64,000 nucleotides of DNA from Methanothrix sp. (GCA_037128175.1 JBAXWY010000004.1:1-64000); one strand, 5' to 3'; shown: positions 28,966 to 37,864, counted from the first letter of the stretch. A program made the numbers and translations. The notes: a model not told the origin generated them from the letters alone.

Positions 28966-29130
28966 CTAGCTGTTGGAAACATTATCACATTGATTGGTAT
29001 CGTAAAAACAAGCATACCAAACACTATACGCTCCCTCCACACTCTCTGTCTTACACCCTGTTAACACGTTTTCCTCAGCTAAACCTCGTACCACGACAGT
29101 AAGTAGCGGTTTCTTCCATTCTTTCTTCAT
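28966..29130 (-). CDS. RiPP precursor, family A (A6), 54 aa, absent from the ORF track
   Basis: Manual translation: MKKEWKKPLLTVVVRGLAEENVLTG-CKTESVEGAYSVWYACFYDTNQCDNVSNS*. Confidence 0.85.
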   Translation of the reverse strand: MKKEWKKPLLTVVVRGLAEENVLTGCKTESVEGAYSVWYACFYDTNQCDNVSNS

Positions 29131-29310
29131 GTAATATATCCTTTGAATGATCCCAGGTAAGTGCTATTCCAATCTTATGCAACTTCTGCTATATCGAATT
29201 ATCTGCGAAAGATGCTATCTGTATTTTCCCCGGGCTTGAATTATGCTTCGCAAATGGCAAGCCTGTGGGGATGAGGCAACTCTGCCTGCCAATCAGATAA
29301 TATATATTCA

Positions 29311-31152
29311 GTGCTGGTTCAGAACTCAGTGTGGCGAGGTAAATCATTGGATCTCTCATCTGCAAAGACCATAGGGAAAACTGCATCTGACAATGCTCTC
29401 CGTCTCAAACAGGCCGTAGACCTGGTCTGGAAGAGCGCACCAGGCTGGACCCTGGCAGGCATCGTCCTGATCGTCCTGCAGGGCAGCCTGCCCCTGGCCG
29501 CGCTTTATCTGATGAAGCTGATCGTAGACGGTGTCACCTCCGGGGCCGGCTTTGAGGCGGTCCTGCTCTGGATCGGCCTGGCGGGTGGTGTAGCCCTGTT
29601 GGTGGCTATCTGCAACTCGGCATCGAGTGTTGTCGGTGAAGCCCAATCGATCCTGGTCTCGGACAGCATCCAGGAGATCCTGCACGCCAAATCTGTGGAG
29701 GTCGATCTGGAGTACTACGAGAACCCAAAATACTACGAAATGCTGCATCGTGCCCAACAGGAGGGGCCCAGCAGGCCGACCCAGATCGTGAACGGCCTGC
29801 TTCAGGCGGGACGAAACGGCATATCCCTGGTTGCAGTCTTCGCTCTGATGGTTTCTGTTAACTGGCTGGTGGCCCTGCTCCTCTGTGTTGCCGCCCTGCC
29901 CAGCGCTCTGATCCAGGCCAGATATGCCAGGAAGCTCTACCTCTGGCAGCGCAGTTGCACCAGGAAGGAGAGAGCTGCCTGGTACCGACACTGGCTGCTC
30001 ACCAGCGATGGTTACGCTAAGGAGATCAGGCTCTTCAACCTGGGATCGCTATTTATGCGCCAGTACCGGGAAATTCGCGAGGTGGTGCGAAAGGAACGGC
30101 TGGCCATTATCTACCGCAGATCCGCCCTGGATCTTGCATCCCAGGCCGTCGCCCTGATCGCGGTCTTTGCCTCCCTGGCCTTTGTCGCCAACCAGGCACT
30201 ACTGGGAAGCATTACTCTGGGATCAATGGTGATGTACTTTGGTGCAGTGCAGCAGAGCCAGTCCTTCCTCTCCAGCTTTCTGAACAATCTGGCTAAGCTT
30301 TATGAGAGCAATCTTTTCCTGACCAATCTGCACGAATTCCTGCAACTGGAGCCCAAGGTCAGAGAACCGTCCCATCCTAAAAAAGTTCCCCACCCCATTA
30401 GGCAAGGCATCAGCTTCGAAAACGTCAGCTTCGGCTTTCCTGGCACTGGCCCCCTGGTCTTGAAGAACATAAACCTCCAGATCGGTCCCGGTCAGACGGT
30501 GGCCCTGGTGGGCGAGAACGGATCCGGCAAGAGCACTCTGATCAAACTCCTCTGTCGGCTCTATGATCCGCAGGAAGGCAGAATCGCCTTGGATGGGATC
30601 GACCTGCGAGACTTCAATACTGTGGACCTGCGGCGAGAGATGAGCATCATCTTCCAGGATTATGCCCGCTATAACCTGACAGCTTCTGAGAACATAAGGC
30701 TAGGCAACGCCCATGCGCCTCCAGCAAAAGAGAAGATCATGGCGGCGGCAGAGTGCTCCGGAGCGCATGAGTTTATATTTGGTCTGGATAAAAAATATGA
30801 AACCGTTTTGGGCAAATGGTTCGATGAAGGTACTGAGCTATCCGTGGGTCAGTGGCAGAAGGTTGCCCTAGCCAGAGCATTTCTGCGCGACTCCCAGATA
30901 ATAGTATTGGACGAGCCCACCAGCTCGCTCGACCCCAGGGCCGAGGACGGGGTCATCAGGAGGTTTCGCCGGCTGGCCGAAGGGAAGAATGCGATCATCA
31001 TAAGCCACCGCCTCTCCACGGTGACTTTAGCGGACTGCATTTACTTCTTGAAAGACGGCAGGATCGTCGAGAGCGGAACTCACCAGAAGCTGATGGAACA
31101 ATGCGGTGAATATGCCAGACTATTTGAGATCCAGGCCAGACATTATCGATGA
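29311..31152 (+). CDS. ABC exporter, fused permease/ATPase (no C39 peptidase domain)
   Basis: N-terminal TMs, GENGSGKST Walker A, LSVGQWQK signature, IIVLDEP Walker B, SHRL. Confidence 0.92.
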   Translation: MLVQNSVWRGKSLDLSSAKTIGKTASDNALRLKQAVDLVWKSAPGWTLAGIVLIVLQGSLPLAALYLMKLIVDGVTSGAGFEAVLLWIGLAGGVALLVAICNSASSVVGEAQSILVSDSIQEILHAKSVEVDLEYYENPKYYEMLHRAQQEGPSRPTQIVNGLLQAGRNGISLVAVFALMVSVNWLVALLLCVAALPSALIQARYARKLYLWQRSCTRKERAAWYRHWLLTSDGYAKEIRLFNLGSLFMRQYREIREVVRKERLAIIYRRSALDLASQAVALIAVFASLAFVANQALLGSITLGSMVMYFGAVQQSQSFLSSFLNNLAKLYESNLFLTNLHEFLQLEPKVREPSHPKKVPHPIRQGISFENVSFGFPGTGPLVLKNINLQIGPGQTVALVGENGSGKSTLIKLLCRLYDPQEGRIALDGIDLRDFNTVDLRREMSIIFQDYARYNLTASENIRLGNAHAPPAKEKIMAAAECSGAHEFIFGLDKKYETVLGKWFDEGTELSVGQWQKVALARAFLRDSQIIVLDEPTSSLDPRAEDGVIRRFRRLAEGKNAIIISHRLSTVTLADCIYFLKDGRIVESGTHQKLMEQCGEYARLFEIQARHYR

Positions 31153-32354
31153 ATTGGGGTAGCTATATGATCAGGACGGATAAAGAGGTCGAGCTGCTTT
31201 TGGCATGTTCAAGGCCACAGGTGGACAGCGAGAACGCAAAGAGAATCTGCGCTCTTCTCAAGGAGGAGATGGACTGGGCATGGATCATCAAGGCAGCTCG
31301 AACTCATGGCGTCATGCCTCTCTTGTACCGCCACCTCAAGGCAGCGTGTCCTGGGGCAGTTCCCCCTGAAATCTACCTCGATTTACAGAAGGTCTATCTC
31401 CTCAACACCAAGAGGAACTTGATATTTGCCAAAGAGCTGCTTGGCATCATAAAGGCCCTCTCGGAGCATGGGATTGAGGCAGTACCCTTTAAGGGACCGG
31501 CACTCTCCCTGATGGCTTACGGAGATATCACTTACAGGTCATTCTCAGATCTGGATATCATGGTTCATAAGGATGATGTACTTCCGGCCAAAGACATACT
31601 TATTTCCCTTGGTTATAAGCCTCAGGTCTGTTTTACTCCCCGGCAAGAAAGGAATATCATGGAGAACGTATGCGAATATAATTTTGTTCGTGAAAATCCT
31701 TCCATCCTGGTTGAGATTCATTGGCGGTTTCATACGGATTTTTACTCAGTTCCGGCTAGCCAAGGAATTTGGTCTCGCCTGGAGAGCATAAACCTGGAAG
31801 GAAAGCAGATCCCCAGTTTCTCGGCAAATGATCTGGTCTTGGTTCTCAGTTCTCATGCGGCCAGGCATGAATGGACCCAAATAAAATATGTAAGCGACTT
31901 TGCAGGATTAATTTCACACAGGCAAATAGATTGGGATAAAGTGGTGGACAGTGCTGATAGGATGGGCCTGTTGAGAATACTTCATATAAATCTCTTGCTT
32001 GCAAAGGACCTTCTGGATGCCAAACTTCCTCTGCAGATGATTGACGAAATAGGTAGAGACCGCTCCGCTAAAGAAATAGCTCTAAAAATGTCAGAAAAAC
32101 TATTTTCAGACACGAATGCGAATGGAGGATCTATTGAGAAGTATCTATTCTGGCCGAGAACTAGAGAACGTCTGAGAGATCGGGTGAAATATCTATTCCT
32201 GGTAGGCTTCAAACCCACACAAGTCGACTACGATGCCTTCCCATTGCCGGATTTTTTATATCCATTTTACTGGATCATCAGGCCCGTTCGCCTGCTCTGC
32301 AAATATCGGGTCAAAAAAAAGAATGTGACTCATCAGGAGGGAAAAACTTTATGA
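31149..32354 (+). CDS. Nucleotidyltransferase family protein (NTP_transf_5-like, as in lasso-peptide clusters)
   Basis: W......A..HGV.PL, PFKGPALS...YGD...RSFSDLDIMV, VEIHW motifs. Confidence 0.85.
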   Translation: MNWGSYMIRTDKEVELLLACSRPQVDSENAKRICALLKEEMDWAWIIKAARTHGVMPLLYRHLKAACPGAVPPEIYLDLQKVYLLNTKRNLIFAKELLGIIKALSEHGIEAVPFKGPALSLMAYGDITYRSFSDLDIMVHKDDVLPAKDILISLGYKPQVCFTPRQERNIMENVCEYNFVRENPSILVEIHWRFHTDFYSVPASQGIWSRLESINLEGKQIPSFSANDLVLVLSSHAARHEWTQIKYVSDFAGLISHRQIDWDKVVDSADRMGLLRILHINLLLAKDLLDAKLPLQMIDEIGRDRSAKEIALKMSEKLFSDTNANGGSIEKYLFWPRTRERLRDRVKYLFLVGFKPTQVDYDAFPLPDFLYPFYWIIRPVRLLCKYRVKKKNVTHQEGKTL

Positions 32355-32644
32355 GTGATGATGACAATTTAGCAATACCAATCCCTAACCCAGCCTCTTT
32401 CTTTAAGGAGGACCACGCAGGTTGGGGGGTGCTGGTCAACATGGATACTGCTGCCTCAGTAGCCTTGAACCCCACAGGCACGATGATCTGGAAGCTGATC
32501 GATGGGAAGCGTAGCTCAAGGGACATCGCACTAGCATTTATGAAAGGCTTTCAAGATGCACCGCATTCGGTATATGAGGACGTAATGGCCTTATTGGATT
32601 CTTTGGCAGAAGATGGTCTGATAGGCTATGAGGTTAGAATATGA
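32351..32644 (+). CDS. PqqD-family RRE (ScmD-like)
   Basis: PIPNP...E....GVLVNMDT....LNPTGTMIWKLIDGK...EDV..LL..L...GLIG. Confidence 0.88.
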   Translation: MSDDDNLAIPIPNPASFFKEDHAGWGVLVNMDTAASVALNPTGTMIWKLIDGKRSSRDIALAFMKGFQDAPHSVYEDVMALLDSLAEDGLIGYEVRI

Positions 32645-32913
32645 CTCGCTATCTTGCCAACTCAGTGGTTTCTTGTCGTGACGAAGGTGAGGATGGGGCT
32701 CTGCTCTTTAATCCGGACCTGGACGGGGCGGCTCTCATAAATCCTACCGGCCGCTTGATCTGGGATATTCTGGTTTTGCCCCATACGGTGGAGGAGATCT
32801 CCAACCTCCTGGCTGAAAAGCTGAATATCACGGATGCATCGGTTGTCGAAAATGATGTGGATTCGTTTTTAAAGACGCTCCAGCCTGATTATATTCTGGT
32901 GGATGAAGATTGA
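32641..32913 (+). CDS. Second PqqD-family RRE (ScmD-like)
   Basis: ANSVVSCRDE..DGALLFNPD....INPTGRLIW...VENDVDSFL. Confidence 0.85.
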   Translation: MTRYLANSVVSCRDEGEDGALLFNPDLDGAALINPTGRLIWDILVLPHTVEEISNLLAEKLNITDASVVENDVDSFLKTLQPDYILVDED

Positions 32914-34052
32914 AACCTGTTCTTCGCTTCGAAGACGATCTGACGGTCCCTCCGCCCGGCCTGATGAGGGTGCCGAATACCGTTGAGATCTGCATCACGG
33001 GGAGGTGCAACCTCTCCTGTCGCTATTGCTTTTATGCCGATGAGATGTCTGCCCTCAAAGACCTGCCAAAGGAACGCTGGCTATCATTTTTCGAAGAGAT
33101 GGGCTCGCTTGGAGTGCAGAGAGTCACACTCAGTGGAGGCGAAGCCTTCACAAGGCCCGATATCTTCGAGCTGATCGACGGCCTGATCGATAATAAGATG
33201 CGCTACAGCCTGCTTACCAACGGAACGCTGATCACCGAAGAGACGGTAGAAGCCTTTGGTGTGGGCAAGCGCCGTCTGCGCCTGGATTCGATACAGTTTT
33301 CCATTGACGGCTCATGCGCTGAAGTTCATGACGCCAGCCGCCCGCCTAAGAGCTTCGATCGAGCGCTGCGCGCCCTTCGGCTCATGAAAGAGCGCGCGTT
33401 TCCCCTGGCCGTTCGAGTGACTGTCAACCGCTACAATTTGCATGATCTGGAGAATATCGCCCGGCTGCTGCTGGAGGATGTAGGGCTGGCGTCCTTTGGC
33501 ACCAATGAGGCGGATCGCTTCGGATCGGCTAAATGCTATGGCCAGGATGTAGTGCTCACGCCCGCGGAGCGGTTAATAGCCATGCGGACACTGAAAGCTC
33601 TGGCGATGCGCTATCCCGGCCGGATCGCTGCTGCTGCCGGGCCGCTGGCCATGGCCAACATGATTGAAGATATCGAGAAGAGGCAAAGCCGCGGCGAGAC
33701 GGGAATGCCGGGCAGGGGAACGCTCTGCTCCTGCGGCGGAGCCTTCCAGAAGCTGGCAGTACTTCATGACGGGACAATAGTGCCCTGCAACCTTTTGCCG
33801 GACTTCAAAATGGGGGAGATCGGCAAGACGCCTCTCCTGGAAGCATGGCTGCACGGCCAGGCTATCAATGCTCTGCGCAAGAGAAGATCGATTCCATTGT
33901 CGTCTCTTCCTGAGTGTCGGGACTGCAAGTACACGGGCTTTTGCGCAGGGGGCTGTCCGGCTGTGATCTACGCAAAGTTGGGTAGGCTGGATACAATCGA
34001 TCCAGGTGTCTGCTACCGTCAATTCAAGGAGGCAGATCATGTCGCTTTGTGA
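32910..34052 (+). CDS. Radical SAM/SPASM protein, SynChlorMet ScmE-like
   Basis: ITGRCNLSCRYC, SGGE, CSCGG...DGTIVPC...CRDC.....CAGGCP; it sits between the PqqD genes and a second rSAM. Confidence 0.85.
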   Translation: MKPVLRFEDDLTVPPPGLMRVPNTVEICITGRCNLSCRYCFYADEMSALKDLPKERWLSFFEEMGSLGVQRVTLSGGEAFTRPDIFELIDGLIDNKMRYSLLTNGTLITEETVEAFGVGKRRLRLDSIQFSIDGSCAEVHDASRPPKSFDRALRALRLMKERAFPLAVRVTVNRYNLHDLENIARLLLEDVGLASFGTNEADRFGSAKCYGQDVVLTPAERLIAMRTLKALAMRYPGRIAAAAGPLAMANMIEDIEKRQSRGETGMPGRGTLCSCGGAFQKLAVLHDGTIVPCNLLPDFKMGEIGKTPLLEAWLHGQAINALRKRRSIPLSSLPECRDCKYTGFCAGGCPAVIYAKLGRLDTIDPGVCYRQFKEADHVAL

Positions 34053-35193
34053 TCTGCAAGTTGAGGAGCCTTTGACACCCCCGGCGAGCCTCCCTGTGGG
34101 TGTCCCGCCGCTCCGGGCCTTTTACCTGTACATGACCACCGGCTGCAACCTGCGCTGCCGCCACTGCTGGGTGGTTCCCAGATACGTAAAAGGCAGGCCT
34201 GATCCAGGTGAGGTGATCGACGCAAAGCTTTTGCAGCGAGCTGTCGAGGAGGCAAAGCCCCTGGGCCTATGCAGCGCCAAGATCACAGGCGGAGAGCCTT
34301 TGCTCCATCCCCAATTTAAAGAGATTGTGAAGATGCTCTCCGACCAGGGTCTGGGCCTGAACATGGAGACCAATGGGACGCTGATGACACCACAAATCGC
34401 CCGCTGGCTGAAGGAAGAGACCCGTGTGGGTTTCATATCCGTGAGCCTGGATGGCGCAGATGCCGCGGCGCATGACAGCTTCCGGGGCGTGCCCGGTGCC
34501 TTCGATTCAGCGCTCTTGGGATTGGATGCACTGTTCGGGGCGGGTTATCGGAATGTTCAGGTGATCATGAGCGTCTATCGAGGCAACGCCCTGCAAATCG
34601 ATGATGTTGTGGCCCTGGCCAGAGCGCACGGCGCGAATTCGGTCAAGTTTACACCGGTCACCAATACCGGTCGCGGCGCAGCTCTGCATGAAGGGGGAGA
34701 GGCCCTTGATCTGCCGGAGCGTATGGCTCTGGCAAAATACGTCCAGGATGATCTGGCCGGACGGGCGGGCATCAGTCTGGTGATCAACCTGCCGCCGGCT
34801 CTTCGAACATTTGACAGGTTGTGGCAAAGCCGTGGGCGCACGGGTGATTGCGGCGTGGACCGCATACTGGGCATCCTGGGGAGCGGCGAGATCGCCATGT
34901 GCGGCATTGGCCAGACCATTCCTGAGCTGGTGTACGGACGACTGGGCGCAGACAGCATCCGGGATATCTGGCTGGGCCACCCCAAGTTACTGGAGCTGCG
35001 CCGGGAGATGGAGGATGTGGCGGCCTATCCGGGCATCTGCGGGTCTTGCCTTCATGCTAAATCCTGCCGGACGGGGTGCGTGGCCAACAACTACCAGCAA
35101 GCAGGCCGCATGGTCTGCCCTTCGGCTTCCTGCACTGAGGCGGAGAAGCGCGGTCTCTTCCCGAAGGCACGGCAAAGGTCATATTCGAGATAA
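34039..35193 (+). CDS. Radical SAM/SPASM protein, SynChlorMet ScmF-like (copy 1)
   Basis: YMTTGCNLRCRHCW, KITGGEPLLHP, CG...ILGIL..G.IAMCGIG, CGSC.....CRTGCVA; AGGAGG before the ATG at 34039. Confidence 0.87.
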   Translation: MSLCDLQVEEPLTPPASLPVGVPPLRAFYLYMTTGCNLRCRHCWVVPRYVKGRPDPGEVIDAKLLQRAVEEAKPLGLCSAKITGGEPLLHPQFKEIVKMLSDQGLGLNMETNGTLMTPQIARWLKEETRVGFISVSLDGADAAAHDSFRGVPGAFDSALLGLDALFGAGYRNVQVIMSVYRGNALQIDDVVALARAHGANSVKFTPVTNTGRGAALHEGGEALDLPERMALAKYVQDDLAGRAGISLVINLPPALRTFDRLWQSRGRTGDCGVDRILGILGSGEIAMCGIGQTIPELVYGRLGADSIRDIWLGHPKLLELRREMEDVAAYPGICGSCLHAKSCRTGCVANNYQQAGRMVCPSASCTEAEKRGLFPKARQRSYSR

Positions 35194-35229
35194 TCATTTA
35201 GCATAAAATTAGTAAGAGGTGTGTGAGAT

Positions 35230-35436
35230 ATGGACTGCATAAAGAATGGATCCAGTAGCGAAGGTTCAAGCGAGAAAAAGGATTACGAGCCTCCCAAGGC
35301 CATGCGCCTGGGCGATATGCGTAACGGGGCAGGCGTTTGTTCTAATACAGGCAGCGGCGATGGTGAATCATGTTCTGGCGATGGCAATTCGGCCGCAGGG
35401 GGATGTTTTGGCGACGGCAATAATGTGAGTTTGTGA
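35230..35436 (+). CDS. RiPP precursor, family B (B1)
   Basis: MDCIKNGSSSEGSSEKKDYEPPKAMRLGDMRNGAG-VCSNTGSGDGESCSGDGNSAAGGCFGDGNNVSL; GAGGTG SD. Confidence 0.85.
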   Translation: MDCIKNGSSSEGSSEKKDYEPPKAMRLGDMRNGAGVCSNTGSGDGESCSGDGNSAAGGCFGDGNNVSL

Positions 35437-35466
35437 AAAGAATTTTTGCAGTGGCTTTATAACAAA

Positions 35467-35604
35467 GCGCTTGACCCTGGCCGATGACATAAGCCTTAGG
35501 ACCGCGGCAGAAAATGGCCCCCCAGGCTGGCCGTCGATCGGTCGGGCTATGTCAGCTTTGGCTGAAAAAAGGCAGAGGGCGGCTGATTGTGGCCGCAGTA
35601 GACG
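35467..35604 (+). pseudogene. Degenerate copy of the 5' end of the ScmC-like gene
   Basis: GCGCTTGACCCTGGCCGATGACATAAGCCTT...GCCGTCGATC...GGGCTATG...TGATTGTGGCCGCAGT aligns by eye to ~38260-38400. Confidence 0.7.
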
Positions 35605-35670
35605 TGCCTCAATTCGAAGATATTTCCAGGAATCGAGAAAAGGGGGTAAATTTGGAAGGGATGATGGTCT

Positions 35671-36855
35671 TTGAAGTCTGAACACCAGGTAGAGCATTTG
35701 GCATCAGCCTGTGATGAGCCCAGGCCTTTGGCAGAGGCAGCCCTTGACCTTCCCAAAGGCGTCCCGCCGCTGCGCTCGCTTCAGCTCTATCTCTCAAATG
35801 GCTGCAACCTCAAGTGCCGTCACTGCTGGGTGAACTCAAAATACATAAGCTGTGAGCCGGAATCATGCGACCTGATCGATGTGGATCTCCTGCGCATAGC
35901 CGTGGCCGAGGCCAGGACGCTGGGGCTTTACAGAGCGGTTCTCACCGGTGGAGAGCCCCTGCTTCATCCACGATTTCGCGAGGTGGTGGAGATGCTCTCC
36001 GCAGAGGGCCTCTTCCTCTGTCTGGTCACAAACGGCACGCTTCTTACCGGGGAGATGGCCGGCTGGCTGAAGAACTGCCCCACATTAACCTCGATCTGCC
36101 TCAGCCTTGATGGAGCGGATGCAAAGACGCATGACGAATTTCGCGGCGTCTCCGGTGCCTTTGAGGCGGCTTTGCGGGGACTTGATCATCTGGCGGATGC
36201 CGGTCACAAAAATCTGCAGGTGATATGCTGCATCAACCGCCTAAATCTTCATCAGGCCGATGATCTGGTGGCCCTGGCAGAAGATCATGGTGCAACCTCC
36301 GTCAAGTTCACCCCCCTTGGAAACAAGGGACGAGGGGCGGCATTACATGCTCAGCAGGTGGGCCTCAGCCTGGAGGAGCTCATTGCTTTTGAGAGGCACG
36401 TGCGCACAGAGCTTGCCAAAGAGACCAAGCTGCCTCTCTTTGTCAGCCTCTTTCCTCCTGCCTTTCTTCCCCAAAAGGAGCTGTGGCAGAGCAATGGAGT
36501 TATCGGCACCTGTGGTGTCATCACCAATCTGGGAATCCTGGGAAGTGGCGAGATCTCCCTGTGCGGCATTGGGAGGAGCGTTCCGGATATGGTCTTTGGA
36601 CGGCTGGGCGCGGACAGCATCCGGGATATCTGGCTTTGCCACCCCAGGGTACTGGAGCTTCGCCGGGAGCTCACGGATGTGGCGGCCTATCCGGGCATAT
36701 GCGGGGACTGCATCCATGCCGGAGCATGCCGTACGGGATGCGTGGCCAACAACTACGTGGACCAGAGCCGCCTGGTCTGGCCCTCGGCTTTTTGCGCCGA
36801 GGCCGAGGAGCGCGGTATCTTTCCGGAGGCACGGCGAAAGTCATCTTCAAGATAA
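35671..36855 (+). CDS. Radical SAM/SPASM protein, ScmF-like (copy 2)
   Basis: SNGCNLKCRHCW; close paralog of 34039-35193, with a near-identical C-terminal part (GRLGADSIRDIWL...AYPGICG.C.HA..CRTGCVANNY). Confidence 0.87.
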   Translation: MKSEHQVEHLASACDEPRPLAEAALDLPKGVPPLRSLQLYLSNGCNLKCRHCWVNSKYISCEPESCDLIDVDLLRIAVAEARTLGLYRAVLTGGEPLLHPRFREVVEMLSAEGLFLCLVTNGTLLTGEMAGWLKNCPTLTSICLSLDGADAKTHDEFRGVSGAFEAALRGLDHLADAGHKNLQVICCINRLNLHQADDLVALAEDHGATSVKFTPLGNKGRGAALHAQQVGLSLEELIAFERHVRTELAKETKLPLFVSLFPPAFLPQKELWQSNGVIGTCGVITNLGILGSGEISLCGIGRSVPDMVFGRLGADSIRDIWLCHPRVLELRRELTDVAAYPGICGDCIHAGACRTGCVANNYVDQSRLVWPSAFCAEAEERGIFPEARRKSSSR

Positions 36856-36881
36856 TCATTTTGCAAAGAGGTGCGAAAGGG

Positions 36882-37091
36882 ATGAACAACATAAAAAAAG
36901 GAGCTGGTAGTGAAGGTTTGAACGAGAAGAAGGCTTATGAACCTCCAAAGGCAATTCGCCTGGGAGATATGTGTGATGGAGAAGGCAGGATGTGTACTTC
37001 GTCTGGCAGCGGCGATTCAAACTGTGACACAACCGGCAATTCGGCAAGCCTCCTTTGCAGAACCGGCAATAGTGGCCCGAACGACGGGTGA
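36882..37091 (+). CDS. RiPP precursor, family B (B2)
   Basis: MNNIKKGAGSEGLNEKKAYEPPKAIRLGDMCDGEG-RMCTSSGSGDSNCDTTGNSASLLCRTGNSGPNDG; hidden at the end of track ORF 36483-37091; GAGGTG SD. Confidence 0.85.
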   Translation: MNNIKKGAGSEGLNEKKAYEPPKAIRLGDMCDGEGRMCTSSGSGDSNCDTTGNSASLLCRTGNSGPNDG

Positions 37092-37190
37092 TTGTGGCCG
37101 CAGTGAACTGGCCGAGAAGTGTGGTCTCTTCCCGGCGGCGCGGTGAAAGTCATCTTCACAATAATCATTTTGCAAAGAGGTGTGAAAGAT

Positions 37191-37406
37191 ATGAACAACA
37201 TAAAAAAAGGATCAAGCAGCGAAGGTTTGAACGGGAAGTTGGCCTACGAGCCACCCATGGCGTTGCGGCTGGACGATATGCGTGAGGGAGAAGGCACTTC
37301 TTGTTCATCATCAGGCAGTGGCAATGCCACCTGTCAAACAAACGGCAATTTAGCAAGCTCCCGCTGCAGCACATCCGGCAATAGTGGCCCGAGTGGCCCG
37401 TCATGA
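37191..37406 (+). CDS. RiPP precursor, family B (B3)
   Basis: MNNIKKGSSSEGLNGKLAYEPPMALRLDDMREGEG-TSCSSSGSGNATCQTNGNLASSRCSTSGNSGPSGPS; GAGGTG SD. Confidence 0.85.
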   Translation: MNNIKKGSSSEGLNGKLAYEPPMALRLDDMREGEGTSCSSSGSGNATCQTNGNLASSRCSTSGNSGPSGPS

Positions 37407-37618
37407 ACGGATCTACAAAGCGTCTTGCTCTGTCCGACGGCACCAGCCATCGGATTGCTGCAGGAGATGACCTCTCCCGGCCGGCCGTCGATCACCAGGG
37501 CCGGACTTATGTAGCTTCATTCGGCCAAAGGTCGCAGGCGGATGGTTATGGCCGCAGTGAACAGGCCGAGAAGTGCGGTCTCTTCCTGAAGTCACGGCAA
37601 AGGTCATATTCAAGATAA
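37403..37618 (+). pseudogene. Chimeric remnant ORF: ScmC-like N-terminus fused to ScmF-like C-terminus
   Basis: MNGSTKRLALSDGTSHRIAAGDDLSRPAVD matches ScmC MNRAAMRLTLADGTSLRIAAGDDLSRPAVD; AEKCGLFLKSRQRSYSR matches ScmF1 AEKRGLFPKARQRSYSR. Confidence 0.8.
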
Positions 37619-37654
37619 TCATTCAGCATAAAATAGAAAAGAGGTGCGAAAGAG

Positions 37655-37864
37655 ATGGACAGCATAAAGAAAGGATCCGGTAGCGAAGGTTTGAACGGGA
37701 AGTTGGCCTACGAGCCTCCCAAGGCTATGCGCCTGGACGATATGCGTGAGGGAGAAGGCGTTTCTTGTTTATCATCCGGCAGTGGCAATGCCTCCTGTCA
37801 AGCAAACGGCAATTCGGCAACCTTCACCTGCGCATCATCAGGCAATGGTGTCCTGGATGGATGA
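37655..37864 (+). CDS. RiPP precursor, family B (B4)
   Basis: MDSIKKGSGSEGLNGKLAYEPPKAMRLDDMREGEG-VSCLSSGSGNASCQANGNSATFTCASSGNGVLDG; GAGGTG SD. Confidence 0.85.
   Translation: MDSIKKGSGSEGLNGKLAYEPPKAMRLDDMREGEGVSCLSSGSGNASCQANGNSATFTCASSGNGVLDG

Noticed and set aside
18044-29130. Pyrrolysine/amber readthrough, because all six family-A genes end in TAG
   Set aside because: Sequence after TAG is not conserved (A3 has TAG TAA; A1 and A5 stop again within a few codons; A2 runs into the IS). Shared ancestry explains it, and no pyl genes are in the window.
32351-36855. PQQ biosynthesis (PqqD + PqqE-like genes)
   Set aside because: No pqqB or pqqC, and no PqqA-like ExxxY peptide in this arm.
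36483-37091. 202-aa ORF (and the extended ORFs 37119-37406, 37865-38173, 28561-28791, 25753-25947)
   Set aside because: N-terminal extensions overlap other genes or spacers; SD motifs and paralog alignment place the true starts at 36882, 37191, 37964, 28740 and 25926.
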